Shown: in pieces, positions 59,567 to 64,000 of the stretch
Layout of the letters: each line of letters begins with the position of its first letter
How positions within the stretch are numbered: position 1 is the stretch's first letter
From: Actinomycetota bacterium
GTDB taxonomy: Bacteria > Actinomycetota > Actinomycetes > Actinomycetales > Microbacteriaceae
Length of the DNA stretch: 64,000 bases
Reading direction: 5' to 3'
Assembly: GCA_030840335.1 (NCBI GenBank)
Contig: JAUZFR010000111.1
Location: 9,745 to 73,744 of the forward strand
Translations under genes and position numbers: made by a program
The notes under the pieces: generated by a model
What the model saw: the letters and a program-made list of their open reading frames with translations, nothing else
Database searches by the model: none
What the model was told of the DNA's origin: nothing

Positions 59567-60046
59567 GTGGCCGAGACGGAGCTGACCTTTTCGCGGGACT
59601 TCGATCTGCCGCCCGCGATCGTCTGGGACGCGCTTGTCGATGATGTGCTCGTCGGGGGATGGCTCGCTCCCGCGCGAATCGACGCCCGCGAAGGCGGCGA
59701 GTATTTTCTGGACTGGCAGGACCCTCCAGGGCTGGCGGCCTCCAACGGGGTCATCACGTGGTTCGAACCCGGCAGACGCCTCTCGGTACAGACCGACAAC
59801 ATCGGAAACTTCGATTTTCTGCTCGAACCTTTCGATGGCGGCACGCGCGGAAGTTCGACGGCCCTCACCATCCGACTCGTCGTGACGACGGAGTATCGCC
59901 TGTTGAGGAGCACGAGAGCGTACTGGCTCAGCAACCTGGACCAATTGGAGGGTCTGTTGCGCGGACATCCGGTCGATTGGGCGAACTGGCAGGAGGATCG
60001 AGGCGATATCTGGGCCGAATACCTTCGGACGTCGGCGCCCGAATGA
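59567..60046 (+). CDS. SRPBCC/AHSA1-like protein
   Basis: RDFDLPPAIVWDALVD...GWL...DAREGG, WLSNLDQL; TAAACT-N6-GTG. Confidence 0.82.
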   Translation: MAETELTFSRDFDLPPAIVWDALVDDVLVGGWLAPARIDAREGGEYFLDWQDPPGLAASNGVITWFEPGRRLSVQTDNIGNFDFLLEPFDGGTRGSSTALTIRLVVTTEYRLLRSTRAYWLSNLDQLEGLLRGHPVDWANWQEDRGDIWAEYLRTSAPE

Positions 60047-60053
60047 CATCCGT

Positions 60054-60088
60054 TGCTCATAAGAGCAGAGTTCTGCACTTATGTTGCA
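60054..60088. promoter_or_regulatory. Candidate SorC/DeoR operator palindromes
   Basis: TGCTC-ATAA-GAGCA (60054-60067) and TGCA-CTTATGT-TGCA (60074-60088), upstream of TAGCCT-N6-GTG. Confidence 0.55.
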
Positions 60089-60118
60089 CATCGGTTGGTA
60101 TCGGTCTAGCCTGATGCA

Positions 60119-61075
60119 GTGACGATCGCGACGCAGCTGGACAACGCCGAGGCGCTGACCGTGCGCGTCGCCGAGCTGTACTACGAAGACGACAAGACCC
60201 AGGACGAGATCGGCACGATCCTCGGAATCACTCGCTGGAAGGTGGGCAGGCTGCTCTCTCTCGCCAGGGAACAGGGCATCGTCCGCATCTCGATCGTGCA
60301 CCCACGGTCGCGGCAACCCGGGCTCGAGCGGCAGCTGCGTGAGCGCTTCGGCCTCACCGACGCCGTGGTGGTTTCAGATTCCGCTAGTGGCGGCGACCTG
60401 CAGGATCGCGTGACTCGTGCGGCGGCCGACTATCTCACGTCGCTCCGCCTCGCCTCCGACAGCCTCGGCGTGAGCTGGGGCAAGACACTGAGCGCGGTAG
60501 CCGACCACCTCGAAGACGACTGGGCCCGCGCAGTCTCGGTCGTGCAGGTCAACGGGGGAGTGAGCCTCACCACGACCGTCGATACCGCCGCAGCGACAGC
60601 CGTGACCATCGCACGAAAGGGCACGGGCAGCGCCGCACTTCTGCCGAGTCCGGCCATCCTCGAGCGCGCCGAAACGAAGCGCGTGATCGAGTCCGACCGC
60701 ACGGTCGCCGCGGTACTCGCGCTGGCCTCGCGCGCATCCGTCTACCTGTACAGCGCGGGCGTCACCGACGGCACTTCCGCCCTGGTCGACAGCGGATACC
60801 TCACTCCCGGCGACCTTGCGCAGCTCGTTGCCAGGGGCGCCGTCGGCGACGTGGTCGGTCGCTACATCAACGCGTCCGGCGCGATCGTCGACCCGGAGCT
60901 CGACGAACGAACCATCGGCCTGAGCCTCGACCAGCTTCGTGCAGCGCAGACCGCGATCTTCGTGGTCGCAGGCGCACCCAAACACGACATCGCGCGCGCG
61001 GTCGTGTCATCCGGACTCTGCACGGTCGTCGTCACCGATGAAGCGACCGCCACGGCACTCCTTTCTGCTAGCTAA
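60119..61075 (+). CDS. SorC/DeoR-type sugar-binding transcriptional regulator
   Basis: AELYYEDDKTQDEIG...TRWKVGRLL HTH; GVSWGKTL; GAVGDV; VTDE. Confidence 0.92.
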   Translation: MTIATQLDNAEALTVRVAELYYEDDKTQDEIGTILGITRWKVGRLLSLAREQGIVRISIVHPRSRQPGLERQLRERFGLTDAVVVSDSASGGDLQDRVTRAAADYLTSLRLASDSLGVSWGKTLSAVADHLEDDWARAVSVVQVNGGVSLTTTVDTAAATAVTIARKGTGSAALLPSPAILERAETKRVIESDRTVAAVLALASRASVYLYSAGVTDGTSALVDSGYLTPGDLAQLVARGAVGDVVGRYINASGAIVDPELDERTIGLSLDQLRAAQTAIFVVAGAPKHDIARAVVSSGLCTVVVTDEATATALLSAS

Positions 61076-61128
61076 TGAAGGCCGGCTAATGAAGGCAATC
61101 CAATGAAGGCAATCCAACCAAAAGGCAA
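61071..61128 (+). repeat. Four degenerate ~14-nt tandem units filling the regulator-deoC spacer
   Basis: gctaatgaaggccg / gctaatgaaggcaa / tccaatgaaggcaa / tccaaccaaaaggcaa. Confidence 0.85.
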
Positions 61129-61131
61129 CTC

Positions 61132-62145
61132 ATGACTCTCGAGCAATCGGTCTCGCTCGCTCCCGCGGAGCGAGCCATCCAGCTGCTGGGCGGTGATCTC
61201 ACCGAACGCGCTCTCCGTCTCCACCTCGAGGGGCTGTCCGGCGTCGACGCCGTCGGCCTCGAACAACGTGCGGCCGATCTCGGCACGCGATCGATCAAGA
61301 CGACGTCAAAGGCCTGGGCTCTCGATCGCATCATCGAGCTCATCGACCTGACGACGCTCGAGGGCGCGGATACTCCCGGCAAGGTGCGTTCGCTGGCATC
61401 GAAGGCGATGACGCCGGATGCCGGTGATCCGACCACACCGCGAGTCGCCGCAGTCTGCGTGTACGGCGACATGGTTCCCTTTGCGGTCGAGGCGCTGGGT
61501 GCTGCACACTCGGCCGGCACCGATCGGGGTATCAATATCGCCGCCGTTGCCACCGCGTTTCCGAGCGGACGCGCTTCGCTGCGCGTCAAGCTCGCCGATA
61601 CGGCGGACGCAGTCGCATCGGGTGCCGACGAAATCGACATGGTCATCGACCGGGGCGCATTCCTGTCGGGGCGCTACGGCCAGGTCTTCGACGAGATTGT
61701 CGCGGTGAAGGACGCGTGCCGACGTGCCGATGGCACGTACGCGCACCTCAAGGTCATTCTCGAGACCGGCGAGCTCAACACCTACGACAACGTGCGTCGC
61801 GCGTCGTGGCTCGGGATTCTTGCTGGCGGCGACTTCATCAAGACCTCCACCGGAAAGGTGGCTCCCGCGGCAACACTTCCCGTCACGCTGCTCATGCTCG
61901 AAGTCGTGCGCGACTGGCGCCGCCTGACCGGCGAGCGCATCGGCGTGAAACCGGCCGGCGGCATCCGCACCTCAAAAGACGCGATCAAGTATCTCGTGAC
62001 AGTGGCCGAGACCGTCGGGGAGGAATGGCTGACCCCATCCCTGTTCCGATTCGGGGCTTCGAGCCTCCTCAACGATGTGCTCCTGCAGCGCCAGAAGATG
62101 ACGACCGGCCATTACAGCGGCCCCGACTATGTAACGGTGGACTAG
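61132..62145 (+). CDS. deoC: Deoxyribose-phosphate aldolase
   Basis: IDLTTL, AAVCVY, GADEIDMVI, LKVILETGEL, FIKTSTGK, KPAGGIR, RFGASSLL. Confidence 0.96.
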   Translation: MTLEQSVSLAPAERAIQLLGGDLTERALRLHLEGLSGVDAVGLEQRAADLGTRSIKTTSKAWALDRIIELIDLTTLEGADTPGKVRSLASKAMTPDAGDPTTPRVAAVCVYGDMVPFAVEALGAAHSAGTDRGINIAAVATAFPSGRASLRVKLADTADAVASGADEIDMVIDRGAFLSGRYGQVFDEIVAVKDACRRADGTYAHLKVILETGELNTYDNVRRASWLGILAGGDFIKTSTGKVAPAATLPVTLLMLEVVRDWRRLTGERIGVKPAGGIRTSKDAIKYLVTVAETVGEEWLTPSLFRFGASSLLNDVLLQRQKMTTGHYSGPDYVTVD

Positions 62146-62149
62146 AACC

Positions 62150-63667
62150 ATGACCGAAACCAACAGATCCTTCCTCGAATACGCCCCCGCGCCAGAATCG
62201 CAGGCGATTCTCAACCTCAAGAAGAGCTATGGCCTGTTCATCGACGGCGAGTTCGTGAAGGGGCACGGCACGCCCTTCGCGACAATTTCACCTGCAACCG
62301 AACTGCACATCGCCGAGATCGCGAACGCGAACGCGAAGGATGTCGACACCGCGGTTGTCGCGGCGCGTCGCGCCTACGATCGCACCTGGTCGAAGCTCTC
62401 AGGGGCCGATCGCGGCAAGTACCTGTTCCGCATCGCGCGACTCGTGCAGGAGCGCGCCCGCGAGCTCGCCGTGGCCGAGAGCCTCGACAATGGCAAGCCG
62501 ATCAAGGAGAGCAGGGACGTCGACATCCCACTCGTCGCGGCCTGGTTCTTCTATTACGCGGGGTGGGCCGACAAGCTCGACTACGCGGGACTCGGCGCCG
62601 CACCACGCGCACTTGGCGTTGCCGCACAGGTGATCCCGTGGAATTTCCCCCTGCTGATGCTGGCCTGGAAGATCGCGCCGGCGCTCGCAGCGGGCAACAC
62701 TGTCGTGCTCAAGCCAGCCGAGACGACGCCTCTGAGCGCGCTGCTCTTCGCCGAGATCCTGCAGCAGGCCGAGTTGCCCGCCGGAGTGGTCAACATCCTG
62801 ACCGGTGCGGGCGACACGGGCGAGGCGCTCGTCAATCATCCGGATGTCAACAAGGTCGCGTTCACCGGCTCGACCGCGGTCGGTCGGGCCATCGCCCGCT
62901 CGACGGCGGGCAGTGGCAAGAAGCTGACGCTGGAGCTTGGTGGCAAGGCGGCGAACATCGTCTTCGATGACGCGCCGATCGATCAGGCCATCGAGGGGAT
63001 CGTCAACGGGATCTTCTTCAACCAGGGTCACGTCTGCTGTGCGGGGTCGCGGCTGCTCGTGCAGGAGAACATCCACGATGAGGTCGTCGATCGACTCAAG
63101 CAGCGCCTGTCGACGCTGCGCATGGGCGATCCGCTCGACAAGAACACTGACATCGGGGCGATCAACTCGCGCGAGCAGCTGAACCGTATCCGCGAGCTCA
63201 GCGACATCGGTGAGGGCGAAGGCGCAACCCGCTGGAGCGCTCCATGCGACATCCCCAAGACCGGCTTCTGGTTCGCACCAACGATCTTCACGAACGTCTC
63301 GACGAGCAACCGCATCGCTCGCGAAGAGATCTTCGGTCCGGTGCTTTCGGTGCTGAGCTTCCGCACGCCGGCCGAGGCGATCGCGAAGGCGAACAACACG
63401 CCCTACGGGCTGTCGGCCGGAATCTGGAGCGACAAGGGGTCGAAGATCCTCGCCGTCGCCGACCAGCTCAAAGCCGGAGTCATCTGGGCCAACACGTTCA
63501 ACCGTTTCGACCCCGCGTCACCATTCGGCGGCTACAAGGAGTCCGGTTACGGCCGTGAGGGTGGCCGTCATGGCCTCGCCGCATATCTGCAAACAAGCCA
63601 GCGGGTCGAGCCAACCGAGACCGTCGCGAGTACCAGGTCGATCGCACGAAAGGCCGTGAAGTCATGA
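62150..63667 (+). CDS. Aldehyde dehydrogenase (probable acetaldehyde dehydrogenase of the deoC operon)
   Basis: IPWNFP, FTGST, LELGGK, NQGHVCCAGSR, EEIFGPV. Confidence 0.93.
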   Translation: MTETNRSFLEYAPAPESQAILNLKKSYGLFIDGEFVKGHGTPFATISPATELHIAEIANANAKDVDTAVVAARRAYDRTWSKLSGADRGKYLFRIARLVQERARELAVAESLDNGKPIKESRDVDIPLVAAWFFYYAGWADKLDYAGLGAAPRALGVAAQVIPWNFPLLMLAWKIAPALAAGNTVVLKPAETTPLSALLFAEILQQAELPAGVVNILTGAGDTGEALVNHPDVNKVAFTGSTAVGRAIARSTAGSGKKLTLELGGKAANIVFDDAPIDQAIEGIVNGIFFNQGHVCCAGSRLLVQENIHDEVVDRLKQRLSTLRMGDPLDKNTDIGAINSREQLNRIRELSDIGEGEGATRWSAPCDIPKTGFWFAPTIFTNVSTSNRIAREEIFGPVLSVLSFRTPAEAIAKANNTPYGLSAGIWSDKGSKILAVADQLKAGVIWANTFNRFDPASPFGGYKESGYGREGGRHGLAAYLQTSQRVEPTETVASTRSIARKAVKS

Positions 63668-64000
63668 GCCGTCTCGCCATCCCCAAGACCTACAAGCTGT
63701 ACATCGGCGGCAAGTTCCCGCGCAGCGAGAGCGGTCGTACCTACGAGGTTGTTTCTCGTGCGGGCGGCTTCCTCGCAAACGCGGCAAAGGCGAGCCGCAA
63801 GGATGCGCGTGATGCCGTCGTCGCTGCCCGCGCCGCCCAGCCCGGCTGGGCTTCGGCATCCGGCTACAACCGTGGGCAGGTGCTGTATCGCATTGCGGAA
63901 CTGCTCGAGGGCCGTCGCGCCCAGTTCATCGAAGAGATCGTCGCGTCCGAGGGCGGCACCGCCGCATCCGCTTCGAAACAGGTCGACGCAGCGGTCGACG
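63664..64000 (+). CDS. Second aldehyde dehydrogenase family protein, 5' part (runs off the window edge)
   Basis: ATG 63664 overlaps the previous stop; manual translation MSRLAIPKTYKLYIGGKFPRSESGRTYEV...YNRGQVLYRIAELLE. Confidence 0.88.
   Translation, partial: MSRLAIPKTYKLYIGGKFPRSESGRTYEVVSRAGGFLANAAKASRKDARDAVVAARAAQPGWASASGYNRGQVLYRIAELLEGRRAQFIEEIVASEGGTAASASKQVDAAVD

Noticed and set aside
59501-60316. N-terminal extension of the 580-aa ROK ORF
   Set aside because: It overlaps the SRPBCC and SorC genes on the opposite strand; ROK motifs start at ATG 59500.
23392-61128. Short tandem repeats as possible CRISPR arrays
   Set aside because: Units are 9-18 nt, directly adjacent with no unique spacers, and there are no cas genes.

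Overview
High-GC actinobacterial chromosomal window, most likely Microbacteriaceae (inferred from gene order and the many leaderless TANNNT-N6/7-start promoters). From left to right: a partial YceI gene and a HExxH protein; a polyamine/GABA catabolic gene set (PuuB-like FAD oxidase, class III aminotransferases, Lrp regulator, 4-aminobutyraldehyde dehydrogenase, ald, potDABC, gabT) split in two by a 17.4-kb co-directional cluster (FHA, PP2C, Ser/Thr kinase, 1983-aa Ig/FN3 surface protein, MoxR, DUF58, transglutaminase-like protein lacking its catalytic residues, Zn-ribbon/FHA, EccC-like FtsK ATPase); then core genes (OsmC, two FKBP lipoproteins, dxr-rseP-two hydrolases-ispG, proS, nusA-ylxR-infB-rbfA, RNB nuclease, mutY, panE-like, TetR/MFS, truB, ribF, ROK, SorC-type regulator-deoC-two ALDHs). 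The two best novelty candidates are (1) the phospho-regulated surface-protein/MoxR/EccC-like cluster at 6021-23412 and (2) an unexplained, densely base-paired ~400-nt intergenic element between ispG and proS (40035-40439). I found no tRNA, rRNA, CRISPR array, transposase or integrase. All calls come from motif recognition by eye; no searches or folding programs were run.
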